Origin: the human T2T-CHM13v2.0 reference genome, Homo sapiens
Length of the DNA: 64,000 nt
Assembly: GCF_009914755.1 (NCBI RefSeq)
Contig: NC_060935.1
Direction: 5' to 3' (one strand)
Position numbers and translations under genes: made by a program. Under the pieces are notes generated by a model. The model made no database searches and had not been told where the DNA came from. It saw only the letters and a program-made list of their open reading frames with translations. Of the stretch, positions 14,886 through 26,287 are shown in pieces (the stretch's first letter is position 1; each line of letters opens with the position of its first letter).

Positions 14886-15438
14886 CAGTGGTTCTTAAGT
14901 TGTGGCTCCTGCATGTCTTAGTCTGTTTGGGCTGCTATAACAAAATACCTTAGACTGGGTCATTTATAAAAAATAGAAACTTAATTTCTCACAGTTCTGG
15001 AAGCTGGAAAGTTCAAGATCAGGATACCAACAGATTCAGTGTCTGGTGGAGGCTCACTCTCTGCTTCACAGATGGTACTTCGTTCTGAGTCTTCACACAT
15101 CAGAAGGGGCAAGGCAGCTTCCTTCAACTTCTTTTATAAGAGCACCAATCCCATTCACGAGGTCTCTGCCCTACTGACTTAAGCACCTCCTAAAGGCCCC
15201 ATGTCTTAAAACTATTGTTGGGGGTTAGGTTTCAACATATGAATGTGGAGGGGCACCAACATTCAGACCATAGCACTGCATCAGCAACAGCCTTATTGCC
15301 TAGAACTTGTTAGCAATGCAAATTCTTAGGCCCCATCTCATTTTCAATAAATCAAAATTCTAGATTTGGGGTTGAGCTCTTGTCTTTTCACAAGCTTTCC
15401 AGGTGACTCTGGTGTACACTAAAGTTGTAGAACCATTG
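14886..15438 (+). mobile_element. MER5A hAT transposon split by a MaLR LTR
   Basis: CAGTGGTTCTTAAG at 14886; resumes GAACTTGTTAGCAATGCAAATTCTTAGGCCCC ... AGAACCATTG. Confidence 0.8.
14914..15275 (-). mobile_element. MaLR solo LTR (MST/MLT1A-type)
   Basis: TGTCTTAGTCTGTTTGGGCTGCTATAACAAAATACC ... AACATTCAGACCATAGCA; perfect 5-bp TSD CTGCA (14909-14913, 15276-15280). Confidence 0.92.
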
Positions 15439-15504
15439 CCCTAGAGGCCATAACTTAAGATAGAAAGTCCATTTAAGCCAATACCTTGAAATTATACTCT
15501 TCCC

Positions 15505-15726
15505 CTTCAGCAGTGCAGTAATGAACTAGGTTGGAACTTAAGGCAAAAGTTAAAATCAATAAATTGATTTTGTCTTTATTTAAAGTTTAGATATCTTGTT
15601 CATCATATCTTTTTTTTTGCCTTACTTTTGACTTTCAAAAATATTTGTCAGGATTCCTGAGTGTTTTGGTGACCACTTAAATTTAGCACCAGAGATGAGT
15701 GCTTCACTCACTGCACCCCCGCCCTG
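15505..15726 (-). mobile_element. Probable hAT-family DNA transposon relic (subfamily not assigned)
   Basis: TGTCTTTATTTAAAGTTTAGATATCTTGTTCATCAT ... CTTAAATTTAGCACC...GAGTGCTTCACTCAC resembles an old hAT MITE terminus. Confidence 0.4.
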
Positions 15727-16551
15727 TAGGGAGCCATTCACATCAGGAAGAGAGAACAGACATTCAGAGCAGTCAGCTTCGTATCACCTTGGATTCTGCA
15801 GACCAGCAGGACAGTCATTCTGAATGTGGGTTGGGAGGACTCACGCCTCAGCTGTAAACAAACTTCAGCTTGCCCTCTGCTGTGGATGGTCAGGGTAGAA
15901 TTGCAGGGTCAAAAGATATTTTTTCTGTTTCAGGGATGTAAGCAATAATTTCCAGAGTGGCTGTAGCATCCCTCAGCCCTCCTTTCTTTTGAACGCAATT
16001 TAAACCAGAGATGACTACTAATTTATTTATTTCCGAGGGAAGCCATGTTAATCAGGATGAACTAACTTGATTTAATGTGAGTGTCATGTTTACCCGTAGT
16101 TACTTTCCATTTTATTCTGCAGTCACGGCTGATTAATCACCAAATTGTGACAAGAGGGAAGTAATTCACACTGCAAGCCTGGTGCTTGTCTCCACCTTCA
16201 GTTTCATCTGCAAAAGGGCAGAGTTGCCAAGGGTTAAGGCCTGACACCCGAGTGCTCAATAAACCAACGAACTTCCCTCCTTCTTTTCATTCCTCTTTCA
16301 TTCCAAACTGCAGGAACAAAGGGAAGAATATAAAAGCCATGCCCATAAAAATGGTAATTTAATTAAATGAACTAAAATGACTCCTTTTCAATAAGTTTTT
16401 ATTTTGGAATAGAGGCAAGTGGTCAGTCCCTTCTATACCCAGCTAATCTCCTTTGCAGGCACTGAAGACGTTAAACCTACTGGCCTGTTCTGGAATGAAT
16501 TCTGATCCAGGCTAGGCGCATGTTAGTAGGATCTGGCTCACCAGCTGGTGG

Positions 16552-16968
16552 CGTAGTAAATACTGTGGTGCTCCCCCAAGATCTCCTCTTTAGATCTCAT
16601 TCACCCAGTCCCTGACTTCTGGGACTATCAGCTATTGATGGCTCACAGCTGCATTCCTCATTGGATTCACCCTCAGTCTCTGGGATTGGCCTTGCCCAAA
16701 GTTACACCCCCTGGCAAAGGTGGCTCACAGCCAGTATGCTGAGGTAGGGAGAAAAAGGCCCAGCCTCCTTGGGACTCAATTTGAGACACAGCGAAGGACA
16801 TTTCAGCTCCAAAATTCTCCATAGGATTAGCTGAGGCCTCAGTTATAAATCAGTTTCTCTTTTACCCAATCCTGCCCTCCTCTCTTCCTTTAAATTATAT
16901 CTCTGAGAGCCCACTCCTTCACCCCAACACTATTCATTTGGTATCTCTCGCCAGAGAACCAATGTAAC
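16552..16968 (+). mobile_element. LTR16-type (ERVL) LTR
   Basis: GATGGCTCACAGCTGCA, TTGCCCAAAGTTACACCCCC, GAGGCCTCAGTT, CAATCCTGCCCTCC...GAGAGC motifs of LTR16A/C. Confidence 0.75.
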
Positions 16969-18200
16969 TATCAGAAGTGGTTCTAGTAAGCAGCCTCTAA
17001 ATGGGCTTCTGGAGACAGATCATTCATTGGCTGGCTGGCAATGAGGATCTCATCACTAGTGGGGATGGGATGGAGAACAAATGGCCCCAGGGATGCTGTG
17101 GCAGTGTAGTTAAAACTCTCACTGGTGGCGAACTTGAACAAAATTTTGGTGGAAGAAAATGAACTGGCTGATGCAATTTTTATAGTGCTAGAGACATGTG
17201 AAGGAAATGACACCCATAAGAACCATGGGATTGGGTGGTTGATGCTGAGTACCAATGACTCATTGAAGAGATATAATAACAGGCTCTGGGTGGTAAGTCA
17301 TCAATTCATGACGAAATGTGCAGGCATGAGATAACTCTTTGGCGGTACTTAAGGTATCTCCTGTGGCTGGAAGATCAGACTCAAGATCAGGCTCAGGCTT
17401 TAGATCCACTTAGTAGTGGAACTTAAGAGAAGATTAAATTCTCCAACACAGCCGGCTTTCTAGGCCCAAGTTCTACTAGGGAAAGAGTGAGACACTGCAA
17501 AATGGGATAGGGATAGGTATAGGTAGATGCATTTGAGAACCTTGAACTCTCAGATTCTCCTGAGTGCACTGGACATATAGAAATGACCCACTCACACTTG
17601 TTAGAAGATAGTGGCCCCTTCTTTATTTAAAGATAATGCAGAGGCCTCCAATTAGGTAGATGCTATACAAGATAAGCTTCAGTTATGCTTTCCTGGAAAC
17701 CAGACCAATAAAAAGGAAGGGTCAAATCCCAGCAAAGTCCATTGGGCCATGTGTTGGGCCTGCTAGGGGAAGATAAGACTATACGTTGAAGGGGCTGTAG
17801 AATTTGACCAGTACTTCCTGGCAGGAACTGGAAATATTGTAGAGAACTAGATCTTGAGGGTTGTAGGTCAAGCGAGATGGAATATAGGGTTGGATAAGAG
17901 AGAGTTTATTGATATGAGTGTACTCTCCTATAGTATTAAAGGACTTAACACCCTAGAAAGGCCCTTAGAGGTGGTGCTAACAGTGGTTAGAGTGGCTCTT
18001 GAAAGCTTAGAAAGAGTGATGGCACACACTAAGTGAAGTGAAAATGCCAGAATCGATATGGCCATATGACTATAGAATAAGTGAACAAAAGGCTCAGAAA
18101 AAAGAACATTCTAGAGTGGATTTATTAGTAAAGCTGGAAAACTCTCCAGTCAGATCAATTTCTCAGAAGGTCCCAGAAGATACTCTAAGCAGTGTGCATT
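16969..18200 (+). mobile_element. HERV16/ERV3-16-like internal sequence (decayed gag)
   Basis: CAGAAGTGGTTCTAG leader directly after the LTR; gag-like peptides ELADAI...GIGWLML (17125..17334) and RVVGQARWNIGLDKREFIDMSVLS (17854..18036). Confidence 0.7.
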
Positions 18201-18229
18201 AGAATACTGAATTAGGGTACTGAGAGATC

Positions 18230-18590
18230 ACTTCCTAGCAGGGTGCTGTAAAACATAGAGCATGTGGTGACTGTGGAGAGGGCCACAGTGAGGTGGCCAC
18301 TAGGCTAGGGTAAGGAATGTGGGCTTGCAAGGACCTACAAGCTCTGGACAAGCAGCTGCAGTGGAGCACCACTGGATTTTTTCCATGTCTACTTCTGGAA
18401 GCGCTGTGGTAGGAGCAGGAAGACTACAACACAGCAGCACCCCAGAAGCAATATCCCTCCACACCCTCTACTGATAAAGCTTATATCATAATGCTCACTG
18501 TGAAGGAGAAATATCTGGAGGACTGGCTCCATTATTACACAGGAGATAATGCATAATCGATTATGAGATAAGCAATAAATTAATGTCATT
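18230..18590 (-). mobile_element. 3' LTR remnant (LTR41/LTR52-like) of the minus-strand ERVL provirus
   Basis: CCCTCTACTGATAAAGCTTA...GGAGAAATAT...GCAATAAATTAATG resembles the LTR41/52 family end; abuts the internal region. Confidence 0.55.
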
Positions 18591-21500
18591 GTTTATTCTT
18601 TTGACAACTCAGATTCCATACACCCTTTTACACACATTTCAACTTTCATACAACAAGTAAATAACTCTGTATTTCCACCCTTATAAGATACAACTATCCT
18701 TCTTGCTGGTGAGGAATTCTCACTTTTCCCAACAGTAAGGAGATGTATATAGTTCCAACAGTCATTGTATCCATTGCTGGCTATGTCAATGACTCCCAAA
18801 TTTCACTGTAGTCCCATTGAATGTTCTGTTACCTAAAGAGTAAAATTTAAAGTTAACCCACAACAGCTTGCAAGTAAAATGAAAACAAATGGGTAAAGAA
18901 GAGAGAATAAAATGATTAGCATACAAATGAATGCATATAACAAGTAAAGATAAAACACAAAATTACTACAGTTCTTATTACTTTAATTGGTTACAGGATT
19001 TGGTTGATATTTAATTAGTCCTTCTTTCAATACCACTTTTATATTTCCCCATCTCAGCCAGAATCTCAGCTAGTTGGAGTTATTTACCTGGTGGAGTGAC
19101 CGAAATGTTAATTTCCAAGGGATCTAAGTTGTCAATTAACCTGCCCTTTTTTTTTGTTGCTGTAGTTTTCATTAACTTTTTTTTAAATTGAATATGGAAG
19201 TATAAAGAGGCACTCCGAAGAGTCCACTGTGTTCCAAACAAAATCTCCTTTGTCCTTGCTGTGCAGCAGTAACTCAATTTCCTCTTGGTATTCTGGATCA
19301 GTAACTCCAACAAGTAGAGTAATTTCTTTTTTCCTTGTTTGTTCAAGTGGCATAAGGAGCCCAAAATGGCCGTGTGAAAGTCTCATCTTCCAATTCAGTA
19401 GAAATACCATTGTGTCTCCCAGTGGAAATCTTACCTCCTTGGATACAAAGACCTCTAAACTCATAGAGCAAAAATTCTGTGAGTGAGTTATTAAGCAATC
19501 ATAGTGAGAAGAGGCACCCTTACACCTTGAATCCTGGAGCCATGCATTGTGGCTATGGGGGAAACAGTATCATACACTGGTCTGTGATTTGAAGAACATA
19601 CTGCATCCTATACACAAAATATTATAATTTTAGGGTGTTGTTTCTCAACCTGTTTAGTAATTGAGTTGTACATAAGCAATTCAACATTTCAGTGAGCCCA
19701 GTTGCTTCCAGGTGATGTGATATGTAGGAAAATCAGTTATGCCATAGATGTAAGTCCATTGCTGCACTTACTTTGCTGCGAAATGAGTTCCTTCATCAGA
19801 CTCAGTGCTACGCAGAATTCCTTGACAGTAGATAAAGCTTTCTCTAAGCCTATGGGTGATGATACTAACAGAAGCATTACGTGTAGAGAAATCAATTACA
19901 GACCATATGTAATTTTGTGCCGTTTATGATATAAAAGATCAAATGTAATCAACCTGCCATCAGTTTGCTGGATGGTTACCCTGGGGAATGGTGCCGTATT
20001 AGGAGCTCAATTTTGGTCTTTGCTATTGGCAAATTAGTCAGTAGCATTAAGCAGGTTAGTCTTAGTAAGGAGAAATCTATGTTGTTTAGTCCCTCTGGCC
20101 TTGCCACTATGGCTATTTTATTGTCCCATTGAACAAGAGCTAGTATGACTAGAAAGAGGTTAATGAATATCATTAGAGCATGCCATTTTATCCACATCAT
20201 TCTTAAGAGCTTCTACAGTGGATGCCCTTTGTTTGGTTTCACACAAAACACAAATATCTCCTGTCTGTGCCATTATGAGAGGTCCATTGACATAGTTCTT
20301 TCCTAGACCTCTTGTCACCAACTTTCCAATCCTGTTTCTTTTTAAATCCCTGACCATCTAGCCAAACTTAGCAACTGCCCAAGAGTTAGTGTGCATTTAC
20401 AATTTGGCCCGTCTTTCACTCCAAGCATAGCAGGCAACCAAATGTACTACTCAAAGTACTGCCCATTGTGACAAGGAGATTCTCCTTCAGCACCACCCTT
20501 CTGAGCCATGCCTAGGTGAGGCTATAGTGATGCAGCTGTCCTCTTTTTGTTAGTACCATCATATCTTACAGACCCATCTGGCTTGACATTCTTCTTCCTC
20601 AGTAAATTGGATAATAAAAAATACTTCCAGAGGCCATAGGCATTGATCGAAATACAGAAGGCAATGCAACAAGAGTTGGTGTTAAATTAGTGTGACCAGT
20701 TTGCTTACTCTTACTTTTAAGACCTGCCTGAGCTCAGTCTTTTGTACGCCATTTTAGTTTCATGATAGATTGTTGCTGATGACATCTACTCTTATGAATA
20801 CATATGGCAAACAATACCCAGTTTATAAGGATAAGCTTGGATTCCATGGTCAATTAATATCTCATGTTTAGGCATTCAGTTTCTACCAAGGCCCAACAAC
20901 AAGTCAGAAGCTGTTTTTGTTTGTTTGTTTTTTGAAAGGAGAAAAGTTATTTGAAGGAGAGAGCAGAGATGTGCTCTCAAGTCTTAGAAATATCTGTTGT
21001 TTTTCTCCTACTAGAAGCTCCAAACAGCATCCCCATTTGTCACGGTCACTTCAAGTATCATTGGACTTGTTGGATCATAAGGACCAAGTAGTAGCTTGCC
21101 TTGTACTGCAGCCTAAACTTGCTTCTCTTGCTATGGTCCCTACTTGAAAGTGGCAACCTTACAGGTGACTCTGAGTATGAGTTGAAGTAGCACACTGAAA
21201 TGTGGTATAACTTGCCTTCCAAATACCAGAAGGCTTACTAAACAAAGTGCTTCTTTTTCATCGTAGGTGACGTGGAGTGAATCAACTCTTCTTTCATCTT
21301 GGAAGTAATATCTTGACATGCTGCAAACCAATGAACCATCAGAAACTTCACCGAGGTTTCAAACACTTGTATGTTGTGGAGTTTATCTCCTACCCTTTAT
21401 TTTGCATATGTCATACTAAAGTATCTAGAGTACTTGCTAATCAGATCTAATGAGCATAATGTCATTGATATAGTGGACAAGTATGATATTTTATGGAATA

Positions 21501-23530
21501 AGATAGCCATGGTCTCTGCAGGCTACAATAACCCTTAGAGAAGAACTGATGGAACCCCGATGCAGTATTGTAAGAGAATACTGATTGTCCTCCCAGGTAA
21601 AAGCAAAGGTCATCGAGTGTTCCTTACAAATTGGTTGCATAAAAAAGCATTATTCAGATCAATAGCTGCATACCAAGTGCCAGAATTAATGTTGATTTGT
21701 TCTAGAAAAGATAATATATCTAGAATAGCAGCAGCAATTACAGCCACCATCTGATTAAGTTAACAATAGTCTCTGGTCATTCTCCAAGATCGACCTGACT
21801 TTATTAGAGGCTTAATTGGTGAGATAAATGGGGATGTGATAGGTATCACCACCTCTGCTATATTTAAATCTTTGATAGTAGCATTAATCTTGGCAATTTT
21901 TCTAGGGATGAGATATTGCTTGTAGTTTACTATCTTGATAGTGAAGAAATGTTCCAGGGGCTTTCATTTAGTCCTGACATAATCACTCTCACCCTATGGT
22001 CAGAGAGCCAATGTGGGTACAAACTGAGCCAGCTGTGATACTATTTATTATTTGATCACTGTAAGCCCCACTTTGACTATCAGGCCATACTGGCATTTTG
22101 GGTCCCCAGGAATTGTCATTAATTCAGATGACTATCCAATAATTTCCCCCAAAGGTTTGAGTATTTCCTTCTCTCCAGCACATTCTCACTCTAATTAGTG
22201 GCCACAGGATTCTGTTTACACCCCTTCAATTAAGGGCTGCTGAGTCTGTGAATTGACTAAGGTCTGGAAACTCAGGGAGAGGCCATGACTCTTCAATGTG
22301 GGGACTCAAGTTTTTTGCTCTAGATTTAGAGTTTATTTGATCAGTCAAGAAACACTTTAGTAGGCTATGTATCTATTTAATTCCCTGGAAACCATGATCA
22401 GTTAACCTACTGACAGATATTCTTGTGTGTCCAAGCATTTTGATTATTGGTACCTCTCTGATATCTATTATGATAAATATTACCACCTTCCCTTTCAGGC
22501 TAAGTGCTGCCACTTGGTCTAACACCTTTAGAATTCACTCCTGAGCATGTTCCCTGAGTTTCTTTACATATGCAGTAGCAAAGTCTTGCAATTCTTTTGG
22601 TTTGTAAGCTACAATGTCATGAGTTATAGTGTGTCCCGGCCCCTTGGAGCATGGTGAAATTTCACCCTAGTTATGGGTCTAGTGGCGACAAAGTGTGGTT
22701 ATGGTAAGTTTTGAGAGAAATGAGCATCCATTTTCAAGGCTCTTGCCCCAGGTGAGGTTATCACAGGATTTCCAAGCAAGGTAGGCAACAAAGAGGAACC
22801 TAATTCTCTAGATAAGGAAGACTCAAAATCACATGGGAATTCCCAATTTTCAGCTTTCTCTGGATCCAACCAGATGCCGACATTCTAAGTTTAAGGATTT
22901 CATCATTTTCTAATCAATGTCTTCAACTTCACATTGGGAAACTTGACAAGACTGTGGATTTAACTTTTGGAATTCAGCAGTCCATGCAACTAAATGGTTG
23001 CTTTTTATTTTCAGCAATATTAGCACTGTGGCTACAAGAAAAAGGAAATCCTTTCAAAGCTGTCACGGAAGTTCTCTAGTTCTCAGATAGTCACTTAAGC
23101 TAAAAGTTGAAGAATCTGAGCATGTCATTTTCTTTTTTGTAAGTACTCAAGTGCATTTAAAAAATCAATCTCAAATCATAGTCCTTGTAGTCATCATTAG
23201 CCATAAAAGTAAAGTGCAGCAACCACTTTGGATCCTATGGTGCTTGTTTCAGTTGGCTCTTCGTCACAGTAAACCACAAGTTACAGCTTGATTAGTTACT
23301 ATATCACTTTATACCATGGATTCCTAGTATCCTATTCCCCATAGTCAAGGAGCTCAGCCCTGCACTTCAACCCATGTGCATGATCTAAACAATACAAGAA
23401 GGCCTACCAAACAAAATGCCTCTTTTTTATGGTAGGTGACATGGAGTGAATCAACTCTTCTTTCATCTTGGAAGTAATATCTTGACAATTTCTGAATCCC
23501 ATCTTTGTGAAACTAGTTCCACTACCAATT
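18590..23530 (-). mobile_element. ERVL internal region: decayed gag-protease-RT-RNaseH-integrase-dUTPase, no env seen
   Basis: gag start ATGGGATTCAGAAAT near 23500; frameshifted protease-like stretch ending IPGDPK near 22100; RT FTWEDNQYSLTILHRG and LVHYINDIML (21461-21472 encodes YIND); dUTPase downstream of IN, the ERV-L gene order. Confidence 0.85.
19183..19464 (-). pseudogene. ERV-L dUTPase remnant
   Basis: LEVFVSKEVRFPLGDTMVFLLNWKMRLSHGHFGLLMPLEQTRKKEITLLVGVTDPEYQEEIELLLH matches the ERV-L dUTPase pattern (LNWKLRLPPGHFGLL...GVIDPDYQ). Confidence 0.85.
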
Positions 23531-24950
23531 CTTTATCAGTTGACTTTCAGTTAGGAGACAGTAATCATACAGGAAAAGTTTAATATAGAGGATTATTCAC
23601 TATAACAGAGGAGTAACTATGAGACGCTATAAATACATAAAAAGAACTCTAAAGAATACCCTAGGTCTGAGGGAGAGTACCTGAAGAAGACAAAATTTGG
23701 AAGGGAAGCCCCCTCCCTAAGCTGAGATTTAGACCTCTTTTGAGGTACAGTTTCAATTCATTTGTTGGAGAAGATCTCTGAGCCACTCCAGTATAGCAGT
23801 CACCCCATGTCTACAGGGCATACTTTCCAAGACACCCAGTGGATACCCGAAACAGAAGGTAGTACCAGACCTGACTGCTGTCAATCCAAACATGTTTCTG
23901 TTCATGTTTTCCACTCACAGATTTAATGCCTTTTCCTTGGTAATTTAGTACTTAACATGCACTGTAGCTATAACTTTTGCAGTTTGAGGTGGGATAGCAA
24001 CTAGCATGAGTTTCTTTTTCCTTCTTCCCAATTTCATGAATAGAAGATTTGTTCTTACCATACATCTTAGCAACCTCAACCTATAATTTTTTCTCATCTC
24101 TTATCAAGTTGAGAACTTTCACTTTTTCATACAAAGGAAGCATTTTACTGCTTCTCTTTGGCACATCTGAATTGCTAGTAACACTACTTTTGTACCCTGG
24201 GGCCATTGTAACACTACAACCTATAATTTTTTTATTTCTTATCAAGTTGAGAACTTTCACTTTTTCAAAAAAAGGAAGCATTTTACTGCTTCCCTTTGGC
24301 ATATCTGAATTGCTAGTAACATGACATTTGTGCTCTGGGCCCATCTAAGTAAAATAAGGGTGGCTAGAACACAAGCACTGCAATACTGAGACAGTTGATC
24401 TAATAACTGAGATGGCTCCTAAGCAACGAAAGGCGGGTGGCGTGTACAGCGTGGACATGCTGGAAAAAGGAGTGATTCATGTCCCGGGTGGGACAGAGCA
24501 GGACAGCACAAGATTTCATCACACTTCTCAGAACAGCATGTGATTTAAAATTTATGAATTATTTCTGGAACTTTCCATTTAATGTTTTCAGAACACAGTT
24601 GAGCACTGAATTCCTGGAAAGTGGAAACACAGATGAAGCCAAGGGTGGGGACTACTGTACTAGGCAAGCAGAAGACAGCCTCTGGGGTGGGTCTGGCTAA
24701 GGCTGTTGGTGGGGCTGGGCAGACAGGAGTTGAGTGCAAGCTCACTCACGGGCAAGGCAACCTGAGGCCTGGGATGCATGTTGCCTACATTGAAAGGGCC
24801 ATGGCAAGGGGGTCGACTGGTCAGGGTCAGGGCTGCAAACTGGCCGAAGGACTGAAAGCTCCAAGAAAGTGTATGTGCTAAAGATGCTCTGGAAGTTGGC
24901 AGCAGACAGTTCAAGAAAGACAATGTAGGACACACAGGGTGTTGCACTGC
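23531..24950 (-). mobile_element. 5' LTR (LTR41-like) of the ERVL provirus, interrupted by MER44
   Basis: AGGAGACAG...GGAAAAGTTTAATATAGAGGATTATT...AAGAACTCTAAAGAATA...GCTGAGATTTAGACCTC; right boundary uncertain. Confidence 0.55.
23794..24657 (+). mobile_element. MER44 (Tigger7-family MITE) with an internal 140-bp tandem duplication
   Basis: TTCCAAGACACCCAGTGGATACCCGAAAC near the left end; right TIR GGGGACTACTG; TA on both flanks. Confidence 0.85.
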
Positions 24951-25773
24951 TACTGACCTCTACCAGTGGTGAGACCCTCATGCCATTCACAGTTGTAGGA
25001 GAGTGAGTCAGATTGGTTGAACTTAAGATTCCTTTTCTTGGTGAGAAGATTACTTGTTCACTCAAAGGCTGCACATAACATGGGATTACTGAGATATCAG
25101 GTGCTAATAGGACTGAGGGATTAGATGGTAGACTGTCAAAAATTGACAGAGGTTCCTCAAACAGTTCCTGTTCATGATACCCCTTTTTGGGTGACTGAGA
25201 GATAAAGATTCCAGGTCTTGTTCCTTTAAGTTAAGGTATGCTATATGTGTGAAAGATCAGTTGAGTTTAAACAATTTCTAATCCTTCATTCAGCCAATCA
25301 ATCAGTCATCTATTCACCAAACATGCATCAAATGTACATAAAGTGCAAAATCCCATTCTGGATCAATTAAATGCCCCTGCCACGCATTCATGCCTTCTCC
25401 TTTCATCCCTCTCATTCCTGCTCTTAGACTTTTAAGAATTTATATAATGGAGCCCCCAAATCCTCAGTTATTCAATCCCTCATGTATGTCATTAAAGTTT
25501 TTTCCACCAACATCTTCCCCTCAGCCTTCCCTCCTGTTTCCCAGCCTTGGTCATTTGAGCATTGGTTTGAGTCTCCATCCCAGGAAGGACAGGGAAGGAA
25601 AATGAGGTCAACCTGGACACATCTCATCTCCAAGACTATGTTTAACAGCTCTGGCAGGAGATTTTAACACAGGAAATTGCATAAAATATGTTTCAGGGAT
25701 TATTTTTGGATTTCAGTGACCCATGTTCTTCCTGGCACTGATCATCAGAGCTAACTGAAAACTAGTGTTGATT

Positions 25774-25798
25774 AAAAAAAAAAAAAAAAAAAAAAAAA
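25774..25798 (+). repeat. Poly(A) tract (A25)
   Basis: Homopolymer with no recognisable upstream element or TSD. Confidence 0.9.
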
Positions 25799-25999
25799 GC
25801 CTGTGGGTTAAAACGGTAGCCACAAGCACTCCAGAAGGCAGCCACGGTGTGAAGAAGAGTACAAAGTCTTAATTCAACTTCTGGCTTTCCTTCTTAGTAA
25901 CTGCGTGAGCTGTTTTATTGCTTTTTGAAACACAGAAACATGCAATGTGCACATACAAATATTCACGTGCATGTACACACGAATACTTTGTAGGTACAA

Positions 26000-26262
26000 A
26001 AGCCATAGAGGGTAGCAGCTAAGGCTGTGGGCTCTGGATGCAGATGGAGCTGGTGTTAAAATCTCGCCCTATCATTTTACTAGTTGTATAACTTTCAGCC
26101 ACTTACCTTCTTTTAGCATTAATTTCTGCAGGTGCAAAATGGGACTAATTATAGTACTTATTTCATGAGGTTGTTGCAATAATTAAAAGAAATAATGCAT
26201 GTAAGACTGTTAGTAAATGTTTGGCATGTAAAGAGCACCTAATAATAAGCAGTGGCTACTAT
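26000..26262 (+). mobile_element. MIR SINE, near full length
   Basis: GTGGGCTCTGGATGCAGA...TTTACTAGTTGTATAAC...GCAAAATGGGACTAATTATAGTACTTATTTCATGAGGTTGTT...AATGCATGTAA. Confidence 0.75.
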
Positions 26263-26287
26263 TATATACACACACATATACATTATA

